A DNA stretch of 64,000 nt from Tubulanus polymorphus (GCF_964204645.1 NC_134026.1:4921950-4985949); one strand, 5' to 3'; counted from the stretch's first letter, positions 14,319-29,300 are shown. Program-made: numbers and translations. The notes: generated by a model from the letters alone, not told the origin.

Positions 14319-17300
14319 TTACTACTATTACTACTACTACTACTACTACTGCACTGGTTGCATGTATCAAGCAGAGTCCTTTACTAACTTAACTTTCCTG
14401 TTTATACATGTGCATTTCGATATTAACTCAAATTCAGCTTATCTATTATGAACTTCAAGAACTTTGTCTCTCTCAGTCCACTATAAGTCTGTATGACGTG
14501 CTTAAGAATAGTATTCTACTTACTATCTTTGTACTACCGCTACTAAATATTCTTCGTTGTCGATCTACAGCATTTTCTGTGTATTATTGCAAAATGTGGT
14601 TTTAGACGTTTTTGATATTCGCCTTCTACGACATAAATGCCAAAAACGAATGTAAATATTATAAGCTAATTGATGATCTATTTTTCAAAAAATATTGCAG
14701 TTCTTCGGACTGTGTTTATTTCGAGGTGTAAGTAGTTCTCAAATACGATAAATGGTGATCTATCTGAAAAAAATCCAAATCTCAAAATTTTCTCTTTTTT
14801 TAATATATAAATGGTGTAAAAAATTTTATCCGATAATTTTCAAAAACCTATGACCTATAAGCAGTCTACGTACTTGCATGCAAACTGATTTTCACCAATT
14901 TCACAAAGCCGAAATTTTCTTGCGTCGTGGTCCAAGAACATTGTTCTTGCTATGAATACCACGCTGAATGCTCATATCCAAATCTCCTGCCTAAACTTAA
15001 GCTGAAATTTTCAAAATCTTGATGTTTTCTAATAAACATGCTAGGGCAATTAAACGTAAACTTATCTGTATAATATATATCATAAAAAAACGAAGTTTAA
15101 GAATAGTTGAATAAATTTAATTTTTGTGATCAAAAGCCATTGCTAGAAATGATTGATAATTGATAAACAGTGAAATGCAATATGATTAGTAAATTTCCCC
15201 TATATTTACCTGGTACTCTGTGTATTAAATACATCTCTTACAACGAATCTCCATGTACGATGATAGATATAGTAGTACTCTGCAACCTTCTCTCTATCCT
15301 TCAATGTCAACTCATTCATCACTATCACTATTTGCAAATTTTAATTATTTCTCATTTTGTTTTTCCCCTCGTACCATCATCAGCTAACCCAGGTGAGCTA
15401 TAAATACATGGATCCGAGGTACTATATATATACATATAGGTCTCGCGAAGACTTTGTTTAACGTTTTCTTGTCAATCTTTATCTTCCAGTATTGTACATT
15501 ACCTCCAAAGTGACCTTTCGTCCACTGTGCCGTCTATCCACAATTTTTTCAGTGTTCACCACCATTATCTGAAATGAAAATATGATACAGGAACTAGCCA
15601 AAATATGATATCTATATATATCGACATAAAAATATCATCCAAATCACCCAATTATGAAAATATGTACCACATACCCGCCGCGGTCATCGCCCACAAACTT
15701 CTACCAAAATAAACACCCAGTAAAAAATTCATCAAATCTTATACAAGAAATATATATATATATATTTATGTATTTATGAAGCGAAAAAAAAATCCAGAAA
15801 TTTATCAAAAGCTCAAATTTGTACCGGGGGTTTTTCATGCATGACGGAAGCCATGACTGAGCATCCCTAGGAAGTTATAGTCGCACCGTTATTTGGTAGA
15901 TTGTTTTGAATATCTACTTTTGATATGATTACTATATTGTTTGCACTATTGTTCTGATTGTCACTAACTCTCGGATGCCACGCAAAGCACCTGGCAATAT
16001 CGCGATTTGCATGTTCTCTCCGATACAGTAGTAGTTTGATGTATATATGAATAATATTCATAGTAACTAACGATTTTTTCTGGCAAAAAACCCTCTTTTT
16101 TCGAGTTTCGATGATACGTTTCCACTCTATCAATCCCGCTCTTAATCACCAATGTACTACCGTGTGTATATATATCTTATTTGCAATATAGAACCACCGA
16201 AGTGAATTCACGAAATGCATGATAGTAATGACGATATATTTGGCATGGTCAATGTGGTACAAACATTCAAAATACTCTCCACCTGATTCAGAATGCACAC
16301 TGTCATCGAATCTGACTAAAATCTACGGAGAAATCGCGAAGCCCCATCATTTCCTAAGCTCGTCGAGTATTGATCCCGAATAGATTGCTTCGAAATCCAT
16401 TAGTTTGGTGTATTAGATGTTTGGATTAATCATTTAACGCCTAAAAAGGACTGGTAAAATGCGAGCTATTTCGTTATCAATCATAGCGTTATTATTTAGA
16501 TATTCTTTCGATCTAAGATCCGAATTATTTTCTATAAACGCACTATAGTCGACGGCGTAGAATACGGCAGTGTCGTGCGGTTTCTGTGAAGAAAATTAAT
16601 CACGACGCGGCCTCGTAAAACGAACGTATGTAACGTAAACGATGAAGATCAATGTCCGATACTTGTCTGCGCGAACCATGACTTGATGAACGAATTCATT
16701 CACACATTAACTATACCTCCGTGACGAAATCGCGTGCGCCGGAATATCAGCTCGAGAGCGCGATTTGCATGAACAATTTATGCGAAAGCTTCTCAACGAT
16801 TCGATGAAAAGTGTGCATTTTGAAACGACGTCCCGAAGGAAGTCTCTCTCTCTCTTCAGTGTCATTACGCATGATCCTGTATTAGAATACTTATGATATG
16901 CATCTATTCGTGTTTTTTTCCGATTCTCTGATGATTTTAAGATCCAATGTTGTGAACAGTTTTCATGTGCACTATATTCATTATTCGATATTTCAATATT
17001 TATTTGATGATCGACCGTAATTGTTTTGTCCGCGTCTCTGAATCTGATGTGTGCGCATTTCTTTTTAATAGCGACGACATTCCTGCTTTATTTATCGTTT
17101 GAACCCGGTTCTAATTTTGAAATGGGCCGTTCTTAAAAACTCAGTTCTGCACGAAATGGGTGGCTGCAACACTAGTTAATTCCACCAGATGGCGTGACGA
17201 ACATTCAGTCTTTCGTTGTCAAAATCAGTTCATTGTCAATGAACTTCAAACTGATATTTTAGGCTCCTGAATCCATACATTATCGCATCACCCACTAAAT

Positions 17301-20300
17301 ATACTTTTAGATTCAGTTCTCTACTCGGATATGGGTATAGTTTTCATAAATAACTGATTTATTTAAGAGAAAAGTTCATTCAGTTTATGTTGAAATGTAG
17401 AAGAAGTTGAACGCGGAAGACTGAGTAACTACTAGCGCACCTGGTGGATCCTTGCTTGCCACGGGAGCCTTGTTGGTTCCCTATTACAAAATATTGTTAT
17501 CCGTCACTGGCAGATACACATTATACATCCATATTAACATCAATAACTTTCTAACACATTCATAGATTTTATATGTTCGAATACACAAAAAGTATCTAAG
17601 AATGTTCCACAAGTTTTATGAGGTGATAGATCAAATGGCACTTTACGAACAAAAATGGATTTGTTTTAAACTGCAGTTCTGTCATCAACATTTCTCCGCC
17701 TTGCTTCATGTTTCCACTGTCTAACTTTGCGATGTGCGAGTGAGTGCGTGCGTGTGCGTGTGTGCGCAGCGAGTAATCATTTTGTCCTGTCCGACTTTTG
17801 TGCCTTGTTAAGTAATGATTTGTCTATACAAAAAAAACTGCATATTATTACATATGTATGTCAACTCTTGTAAATATGTATTTATATTCATCAATCGAGT
17901 ATTTGTTTACAGTCTATATAATCATCTGGTCTTTTTGACTTTTCGAAAGTTATTTTTGTGTATGTTATCATTGTACTTGTAAATCACATCACGTAATTCT
18001 CTTTCAGGGTATTTGATTTTTATGTCTTCTCATGTTATGTATGGCTAATTCTCTTTCATTAGATTTTTTTCCGTGTGTTTTACAATTCTATACCTCTCAT
18101 CAGGGGACCCTTTAAAACTGTGTTTTACAGTTCTTCAATCATTTCTGATTCGTTTATTTTTTGTAAGGTGGCATGATGTCAGATCAAGGTCAAGGTGATG
18201 CTTAGGATAAACGGATACAAAAATCCGTGTCACTTATATAGAACTATGAATAACTAGCTCAGTTGAAGTCTCGTTTCTCAAAATTGTCACAACATATCAA
18301 ATGAAATATCAAAATCATCATCGCCTAATTACAACGAAACATAATTCCTATTTAGATTTTGGCTTACAGAAGACTTCACACTATTCAAATCTGACACACA
18401 TATGTCATGAAGACATTTGACATTCGATATCATCGTATATATCGTCATGTTCTTCACAGAAACATCAATCCATCAGAATTTCACTTTTGTGTGTACTATT
18501 TTCATTTCAAATATGCATACTAGATGTAGCTGCAGCGTAGAATAGCCAAGTGGATCACGTCACTGTATGAAATTACCGTAACCTCTCATTGCAATGTCTG
18601 TTTCCATGGCAATAATAGTGGCTTTTTGAACGAATCTCCGATGAAACAGCTTGTCGGAATTCTGTATCGCATTAGCACCACTGCCATTACTATGTGGCGT
18701 GGCGCAAAATTTCGAAGTCACAACGATCAAAAATGCAATAGTTTTTTTTTTTAGTTCAGTTGATTTTGTATTCTGCAGCTTAATCTACATATTCAATTAA
18801 CAGTTTTAATTTCAACATCGTGCAGTTTGTTAATCATTACCTTCTATGTTCAATCATCAAATTCATTCATTCTGAACAATACAAAGTTAATTACAATGTT
18901 AATTGCATACAAAATACAACACACATTTAATGTATGTTTTTCTTCTTGGCAAATGAAAAATATTTGCAGATTTTGATGGTTTTTCTTGATCTTTCTATTT
19001 CACAGTCCCCATGCAGCCTCGAAACTTCCAAGGGGTACCCGTATCTCCGAGCGAAATTCAGCTGTCATGGCAGAAACCTGACGAAAGCGGCGAAAGCATC
19101 ATCAAGTACGACATCTACTTCAACAGCTCGATCAATTCCGGCGCCGTGCGGATCACGGTGGCGCCACCTAAAGAAAACTACCTGTTAGTCGACCTGGCTC
19201 CCGACACGAAGTACAACATTCGCGTTACGGCGACGTCCAAACGCGGAGAAGGCGTATCTACGCCAACGATCGTTGTGAAAACCGATCCATTCAGTACGTA
19301 CCTACATCACTATATCGCATGTTTATATTTGAATGGACTTAATGTACATCGTAGCTATATCCATTGATGTTTATCGATTCAGTTATTTCTATCTATCATT
19401 CTATTATTACTATTATCATTATTATTATTATCGTTATTATGATTACTATTATTTGATAATGAATTACAAAAATCAGTATTTCAAATGTATAGTCAGTCAA
19501 CTACAAATATAATCAAGAAGTGTTTTTAAGTTGATATCGAGCATTGCTATGTAGAGAAAATGTAAAATGGTCATCACTAGAAACATTAAACAATTTGGAC
19601 TTCAGACATAAGTTTAAAGATGTGAGAATTGGCGCTGAGAAAATGCTCAAGGTGCTGCTTACACAGACACTATCTTGGGAAAAATCTATAAGATTCCAAC
19701 ACCAAATTTGTAAAGCTATTAGTTTTGTTATGACTATTTTACATCATGATTTATCCGACAGGGCATCTATTCTAAATACGCAGAAGTATGCTCATCTCTA
19801 GCATTTTGTCCGGCATGTCAATTGATATATGCTTAAAGCTAAGAAACTCGTCGTCAGTTTTATATCAGCATTCATCGTTGGAATGTACGATAAAAGTTCT
19901 CTTTCGGAAAACCCTTTATACATCTATCACAAAGCTATCGAGTTTTTGATATGAATCATAGATGTTCATAAATGTACATCCCTATAGTTAATTACCATTC
20001 ACTATGACAAGAAGAAATTTGTCCAAGAAAATATATATATATTCATGATCACACAAACACCTGAATGCATGCATCATTACTATCACAATTATCAATTTCT
20101 ATCAATGATGCATTTTGTTCAACTACAATATTCCAATAATCAATATATCACACTTCGTATGCATTGATTTCGTTTGATTCCGACTACAATCTTCTTCCAC
20201 TCCTCGAGTAATCGATGATTATCATCGAGGGTCATTTATAGATGTGTCGCTTGATGAATGTATTTATTTTCTTGGACGATGTGCTTTAACCGCGCTACGG

Positions 20301-23300
20301 ATGTCCTTTCCTCTTCTTCACTTTGAATGCACTTCTTTTTCAGCTTACGTATTCATGAATTTATGCTCTGTCTCTCGAATCTTTCTCGATATATTTCGTT
20401 CATAGACTATTTTCATATTGATTTTTGTTTCTCCCACATCACTTATTAGTTCCAACAGCCCCGCCGCAAGAGATTACCGGCCGTGCTCTCGATTCAACGA
20501 CCATCCTCGTAAGCTGGAAAGCGCCGCCTAAAAATCTCCAAAACGGCAAAATCACGCAATATTCCATCAAATACGTACAGTCAAAGAGCGGTAGCATTGA
20601 CTCCGCGACTCGAGTTAACGTTGAAGCCATGGAAACGTCCCATATCATTCGTAATCTACAGAAATGGAGCGAATATAGAATCTGGGTCCTAGCCAGTACA
20701 AGGGTCGGAAGTGGCCCGTGGTCCGAGCCGATACTGGTTCGTACCGATGAGTCCGGTATGTATGACCCATATATTTATACTTAACAATTACAGTGCAAGG
20801 CTTTAGAATAACCGGCGACAATGGCAAAAACTTTTTCGTTAAGATCAAAAGTTTAAATCGAACGAACAACGAGAATTCGCTGCCAGTGATGAGAAAGTTT
20901 TTGCTCCCGTCAAAATGGGTGATGGTTCATATGCCTCCATACTCTGATCTGACTAACAACTTTGTTTTGTTTACTAACCATCAATCTTGGGCACGTTAAC
21001 CTTAAGCAAAGGCACCCTGTGAACAATATCAGAATTTCAGCAATTGTAGTTGCTAGATCTTATTATTGTTATTACTGATACATTGACTGATATCTGAATT
21101 ATACAAATCTTCTTTATTCGTTGCATTCATCAGTCTCATACAAACGCACTGTAACTGCAAATCAACAACTTTTTTTTGAGTATCATCCACTTCTTGTTTT
21201 ACTTTTTAAACGGAAAAACCTGCGATGTATGTGACCTTGAACTTGATGCTTTGCGATAGAAGCCCCCAAACGTGATATGCTGCCAATTTCTCCAATCACC
21301 TAAACCTCTCACCTTATCACACCTTTGTATCCAGTAGGTTTGGTTTGGTTATCTGTACATCTTGGTAGTTATTGCATGCTGCATGACTATACATCTTTAT
21401 ATAATGTATATCATCTATATTGATATTTGATATACTATTGTAATAGTTTTAGTAATGGTTTTTGGTGCCTATTCTGAAATGTATTGATGTTTATGTGTGA
21501 TATGATTAATTTTGGTATTTGTTAACATTATCTCACTTGCATGATTGACTAACTGCTTGCATTTGTTGTATTTATCTCTGAAAATATGATTTGAGCATTT
21601 TGCATGATAGTTTGAAGCCTTTAAAGTGTTTTGCGTTAATGACTATAGAAACTTTTCAATTTTTAAATATTTGATATTTTTAACTCTTTATCAATATCTT
21701 CAATTTTCAGTTTATTACATTAGAATTTGTAATAAATGATATTTCTCATAACCTAGAAATACCAAAGCAGCAAACTTGCTCGGCGAGGTCAAAACTTTTT
21801 CCACATTTATCCACCATGTTGAGTGATTGTTGATACATTATGAATTTTATTTTTGAAAAAAATATTTTTCATATTGGGGAAAATGTTTTCATATTGGAGA
21901 AAAATAATTTTTCGTAATAAAATTTTTCCCTTCCTACCTGTACCCTTCCTAATTTTGGGAATACGCCGTAAACAAATGTATGTCTTTGTCCTTATTTGAC
22001 CACAAAATAATTATTTGAAAAAGATAAAGTACTATATAAGAAAGAACTTAGAACCCGAGAATTATAAAAAAAAAATTTTCATAGGCAATACCCTTTTTCA
22101 AAGTAAACCACTTTGCCCATGGGCAATCTATTACAGTACCTGGAGAGCCTCGTAAGGTGCGTGCCGAAGTTCTAAGCTCTACCGAAGTGAAACTTAGCTG
22201 GCGACCGCCTCGAAACAATGAACACTTTGGCTTGATCCGTGGCTACCAAGTGACATATTTGGAAGTCAGTGAGAACGACGATCCTCTTCGACTGCCGAAA
22301 GTTCAAGATCTACTCGGCAATAATACAGAGACGGTCATCCCCAATCTGAAACCAGGCGCGTACTACCACTTTGCCGTGAATGCGTACACACGTAAAGGGG
22401 ATGGGCCTCGATCCAGTGTAAAAAGAGTACGAACCAAAGGAGCAGGTATGTAAATAATGCAGTCCGTATTAAGCCATAAGTGATTGATTGATTGATTTGA
22501 ATTGTTTGAGATCTTTTAAATTGAGAGCCAGTTCAATCTGTAATTACTAATTGCTATGCACTGTCTAATACTAGAATGTATAATAAGTAAAATGATACCC
22601 TGATGATATAATGATATGTTAACCTGCCTTGTTTGCGAGTGGAACCTTCACAAAGCTTTGCTTCATCTTCACCTTACTAACTAATAAAAGAACACATGTG
22701 AAATAGGCTTCTTTTGTTTCGTCCGATTTTTTGCAGGTAAACACTTACTCCCCCAGTATCACAATAAACACTGCCAAATCAATGATTGTCACATGGTTGT
22801 CTTTGGGACTTTTACATTCGAATAAGCACTGAAATTTCACTCTTGACTATAATAGGGTTACACATGTATCTAAATGCAATGAATTGATCCCATTCAGAGA
22901 GTAGAATTTGGATAATCTATCAATCTTTGATGAATATCTATTTTAACATTTCTTAAGAGATTTACAAGTTGGCTGTAGTGGGTTAAACAATTTGATTCCG
23001 TCATCTTGAATTGCATGTTTATCGTTTGTTACAAATAGATGTACATTGTATCTATCGCATGGATACATTATATACTGTGTTGTTTGTGTAGTAATACTAG
23101 CTGTTTACATATTCAAATTTTGCAAATATATTTACATATTTAGTGTTCGTCTGCTTCCTATGATTGTTTATGATATTTTTTCAAACAATCCCACAGATTT
23201 TTTCAACATAAATCGCTTTTAACATTAGGCGATATTCTTACCTTACCGACTACTTAGTGAGTTATATACATTTTTTGTCTTTTTTATTACGATATCATTT

Positions 23301-26300
23301 TCTGATCAGTGGCCAAGAATACTGCCCAGAAATCTTGTAAGTAACATTTCACAGACGGAACGAAATGAAAATCTCAAACTCACAAATAACAGCTTTCACC
23401 TGTTAGAATACTACACCGCCTGTTTGAGATATATTTTTATATGTTTGAAACGTGTAGGACAAAGAAATGTTCTAAAGCATTGAAGAACGTTTGGAATGTT
23501 ACAAATGTAGTAATGCGTCAACATCACAGAAACAAAACTAATATATTGCAAGACACGGCATTTCAACATTGCTTCACTTCGCTTTCTATGACATCGATGT
23601 GTAGCTATGTTTTTCTCAATGCATGATCTACTACTTCGATATTTCAAATATATACATCCTTTTTATATCTCATGAAATCTACAGTTACATTTCTTCTTGT
23701 GATTTACGTCATGGATGAAATTGAAATGATGAATGCCACTCAAATACTTCCACCACCTTGAGTCTTTTCATGCGTGAGCTGAACGCTATAACATTGTAGC
23801 CCATTTTATACATTTACAAGACATACTAACAACTGTATATGATATGTATTACTAACTGACAATATTAATAATGAAATGCTACTAATATATGAATCTATTT
23901 TTTGTTTTGATCTAGCTCAGCTATTCCCGTGCTTACCTCTAATGATTGCTGACAACTATGATCACCACGCTCTGCCCAACACCTAACGCTACTGTATATA
24001 ATATGTAACAAGACTGCACATAAATTGTAACCTGTTTCTATTATTCTTAAACTAATTCCACACGATGTTATGTTATATTTCATTTCGTAAAGTAGAGTGT
24101 TATCAACTTATATCATTCCGGGGTATAAAAGTCTTGTTCATGTATTGCTTATCAATTATTTGATATATGAAATTGAAACTTCATGATGTGGAATTAGTTT
24201 GTCCTTTTAATCCCGATCTTTCTTTCAAGCTTTTGATATCATGTAACCGCACTTCGCACCACTTTCTATTCTAAATGTCACTGATTAATAATCGTGATGA
24301 TTCGTACTTTTACGATATGTCGTACATGACTTATTTTCAGTTGCATCTCCGCCGCGTAATTTGCGTTTGGACATGATAAAGCACGATCCTCCGGCAGTGA
24401 AAGTGTCCTGGGAAACGCCCAAACAGACTTATGGTGACATCACCGAATTCCGTATTCGCTATGGTATTAAAGACGAGAATTCTCTATCGGCACTTTTTGT
24501 CAGTGGATACGATTATGTTTTCACCACTCCATTCCTCGGTGAGTGTCGTCCTACATTACCCTGGTAAAATAGACAAGGGGGCTGTTTCACAAAATGAATT
24601 CACAGTTTCATTAGTCATGCTAACACCTAATAGAACTTTAACCCTTTCAGTGCGTCTACACCGCAGTGCGGTGTATAAATCGGTGATGGGTTTTTCTAGT
24701 ACACCGCGCTGCGGTGTATTGATTTAAGTAATTAGTAATTATCTCTCTTGAAAGATGGCAGCACCTGTCAAACATAGTGAAATATTAGTAACTAATGATA
24801 CACCGCGCCGCGGTGTAGACGCATTATAGTGCTATTCCCGTTATTCAACACACTAGGGTGGAATTTTTGCAAATTTTCACATTTTCTCAAGCACTTTAGG
24901 GTATTAATTTGTCAGCACGGAAAGGGTTAAGGAATTCAACTTTGAAACTGCCCCCAGAACAAAGCTACTTGACCCAGTTTTACATAAATACCTGTTTCAT
25001 GGTAACTCTAAATTGGTTAAACCAGTTGTATGCTATTACAGCCTAACTACCTAAATCTACTAGATCTACAGTTTGGTTCATCGATGAAATAGTAATCAGT
25101 GATGCTCATAATTCATTTCAGAGAAAGGAACTACTTATGAAATCCGTGTTGCTGCCAAAAATGCTCGTGATTTTGGTGATGAAGCTATCGGATACATTAA
25201 AACCCCTGATGGAGGTGAGATATGCTCCCCGTACCACTGTACCTAGCTTTATGATGTAAACTGCTGCTCTGAGAATGTATCCCTTGTACAAAACAGCCAT
25301 TTAGCATCATGCAATTCAATCATAAGCAAAGTATACCTATCTATGAATCACAAACTAGATATAGACAATGAGCTGCGCCTTGATTTCAAGAGAAGTGTTT
25401 GCTCTGAATTTTCGATAAGGCTGGCTGAGATGCAAATAAATGCTTTCAGCTCATACCTTATATGGACAAGCGCTTTTTGTCTCATGAGGAAGCGGCTTTT
25501 GATTTAGTAATTACCCTGAACATGTCGCTCTAGAGTCCTTTTCCACCATGAGAACGATCCTATCGTCCATGCTTTGTCTATATATGCACTTGTATGGTAC
25601 GCATTTTCTGTATGATGCTTGATTCTATCTCTATTATTCTTCCATCTCCTATTTTCATTAGTTCCCGGTGGTCCGCCGAAAAACATTACAATTATCGGCG
25701 TGAACGCTAACACCGTGCGATTAACGTGGGATCTCCCGGCAAAGAAAATGCGTCAGGGAAAAATCGTCAAGTACCAAGTGAACTACTACAAAATACATCA
25801 ACCGGCCGATACGTTTGACGAGAATACGACGGAAACTTCGATAAGAATTACGAACTTGGAGAAGAGCACGATTTACGCGTTCATTATCCGAGCGTTCACA
25901 AATCAAGGACCCGGACCTTGGAGTAACACTATAGAGTTTCACACTTATGGAGCATGTAAGTTGTGGCCTCCGACCTGTCTGCACATGTGTACTCTCGTTT
26001 TGACACTATGAATAAAAACATTTTAACGAACATTTTCATTCCTCCTAGGTACTTGTTTGTGTGCGTGTGTTTCGCCATCATTTGCAGCGTCTTTTTTCAG
26101 CAACAGTCATTAACGTTTTTCGCAGCGCAATGCATCGAGGGTGTTGTCGTAAATATACTGTATGAAGTCTTCGGCATATAATAATATTCGACATTAATAA
26201 TAATGCTCTATAAATCGAAATGACATTTCACATTCATTAAGAAACATCGATTTAAGCTTTTCAAGATATTGCTGCTTAGATTCCTATTATTTATTTGTCG

Positions 26301-29300
26301 ACAATACACTTGATGCAAATTTTTTTTCAACAGCAGGCACACTATATATATATATATATATGTATATATGTGCCTTTCACTTTCATTCCCAACATTTTAG
26401 GTAGAATAGAAAATATCTTCATTTTCACCTTGTCATTACGCATTCATTTTACACAACCATACACATATAAAAAACCTGTGATATCGGTACATCTCTAGAG
26501 GTAAAACGCTATCTAATTTCATGTTTTGTGCTCTTTATTACATATTTGAACTTGTTGCAAGCAGAATGTTTTTATCATAAAAATGTCGAAATCAGTGCAA
26601 CCGACAAAAGCATGAATATTTGATGGATCTCATTATAAAGTTTCCGGTGCATGGATGCTATTTATTTCTGATTGGTCGCTTCTTAAGATATTTTTGTATA
26701 CGAATTGTTTGAAGGGAGTTTTACAAATAATGTATCGTTTTCATCCGATGAATATCAGTTGATACCAGCAAGATTTTTAATTGGCTACCGATTATTTTCG
26801 CAAAAAGAATTGCTGCCATCAACTGATGCCTTTGAAGGTCCGGTCTTGCGAAGACTTGCAAAGGCTTTCGTGCTCTATTCTCCGTGTAGTGTGATGGTAA
26901 AAAGCCCTACTACAGCCTAATTCATGAACATTGATGTTGATATTGTCAGTCACACATTAGAATAGTTGATCGTCAAACAGTGTAGATCATAGCAATTTCA
27001 TATCAAATCTCGTCATTCTAGGAAACAATCGACTTAAAAAGCTTTGTGAAGGGTCCTACGCGTACGAGTTTTCAATGCGATTGCGCAAGTTGTTTTGAAA
27101 TTCGAATAACTTGCATTTATCGTTGTCCAATTTCAGTACCACCTCCGCCGCAAAATATTGTCATCAAGCGGCCACTTCCATCGCAGCTGGAAATTGGCTG
27201 GGATGCACCGCTTTACTCTACAGTTGCCGGCTATCGTGTGTATTACACCGATGAAGCTGACAAACCAGTCAAAACATGGCAGAAAAAAGATTTCCCGCCG
27301 TACAGTATTGTCGACATAGATGGGCTCGATGAGCTCGCCATGTACACGGTGCGAGTACAGACGAAAGCCATCGATGGACAATACGGAAATTTTTCTGATC
27401 CGATAATCGTGAATACTGTCAGCAAGCGTGAGTATTCTTCATAATGTTCCCGATGAGATAAATTTCCAATTTTCAGGGTGGCCACTGATCGGGAAAACCT
27501 GGAAAATTCAGGGAATCAGAAAAATCTAGTATAAATGATCGAAAACTCGAAAAATTTTGATAAAAATAAAACTCAGGGAATTTGAATATGTGTTTGACTC
27601 TAGGAATTTGTAAATTGGCAGAAAGTGGCCACCCTGATTTTCTAACTGGGAGATAAATAGATGTTAACTCGAAAATATTTCTTGGATTTAAAGCTGAAAA
27701 CACTGCAAATAATTTAACAATTATTTAACAATTGATTGTGACTAATAACTGTGTTGTTTATAGCTGTGGATGTTGTGCAAAGATTCGTCGTAGTTGATCG
27801 ATCGAAGAACAGTATCAGCCTAGAATGGTCGAAGCCTCGACAGACCGGAGTTATGAAATATGTGGTAAGTCAAAACTTCTAAATGCAAGGGCTGCTAAAT
27901 CTGAGTCCGAAGTAGATAAACTGATAGAAAGTTGGATCGCTTCATTGCAACCAGGTAGCGAATCATTACAAAATACTTTTTACCCGGTTTAGTTGATGTA
28001 TTGGGGCGATAAGACATATCGCGATGACGAAGAAGGCGTTGAACACACGTCGGCCGATCTGATGAAAGAAAAGCAATTCGGAGCCGACGTTCTGAAAGCG
28101 AAGATCGTCGACTTGAAGCCGGGATTCACGTATACGTTCAATTTGTCGGTGGTGTTCATGAGACAGAAACGCGGTCCAGCCGTTCGTCTACGAGCGGAAA
28201 CTCAACCATCCAGTTAGTATTCATTTCAGCGCGTCCCGTATTTTCAGATATAGATATCATAATGTTGTTATGGTACATAATGAGTGATGCACATTGCTTG
28301 AATAATAAAGTAATAATGATCTGATGTATATATGGTCTTTCGACCAAAATAGTCTCTAGTGGCCTTGTCCTGCAATGTATGATGATAATGACGAATGATA
28401 CATTAACACTTCATTAACACCTTTAACTTACGTAACATTTGTTTTATATTTTGCAAAACCTCATTCACGGATAAATTCACTCTTATTAATACGTACTAAC
28501 TTTCTTGATCTAGCAATATGGCGAAACTCAATGTTGCCAAGCGTATCAGGTGTGTTTGTGTATATTCGAATTAATCGCGCTCGATTGATTCTCGACGAAA
28601 AAGATATGATTTTAAAAAAACGAATCGCTTCATCATCATTTGATCGTCATCCATCTCGTTTTGAATAAGCTACAATATTCATTCATGATTGATATTCCTA
28701 TTGAAAAACATTGATTTTACCGTATTCATTTCACTAGACAAAACAAAAAACAGTGGCCTCATGATTCTGGATTTTTCATACTCATTCGTTAGTGTGCAAA
28801 CGATTGGGCGACAGATGATGAAAATTGTGATGAGGGATTTCTTTTATGTTCACTAAAAAGTCAGTCTATTCACTCGCAGTTAAGCAGCTTCGACGTGTAG
28901 TATTCAACAAATATCATAACTGTCTATTCAACGCGTACGTAGCGTTGAAATTATTATTTGTCGTTAAAGATTAAGTGAAACAAGGCTAAAACCATTCGAA
29001 ATTTCGATCATCTGATCAATTATTGAATTAATCGGTGTTTATCTCCATGTAGATATTATCTTACCAGCCATTTGACATATTCGCTCTTTTAGATAAGATC
29101 TTTGAATATTCATATATCATTAAATGAGTTTGAGAAGAGTTTTCAAAAGGGTGAATGTGGCAATAAATTCAGTCCCCAGCTTTATATATATATATATATA
29201 TGATGTATATGTATAGATTTATATACATTGATATAACATGCACAGCTAAAATCACACAAGCTTGACTGTCTTTCCTTTGCAGACAAAAAATCCGGTCTGA

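Noticed and set aside
14135-14451. Poly-Thr and poly-Tyr ORFs
   Set aside because: Translations of the (ACT)n microsatellite.
16192-16201. Short exon candidate after ttgcaatatag
   Set aside because: 10 nt, not frame-preserving.
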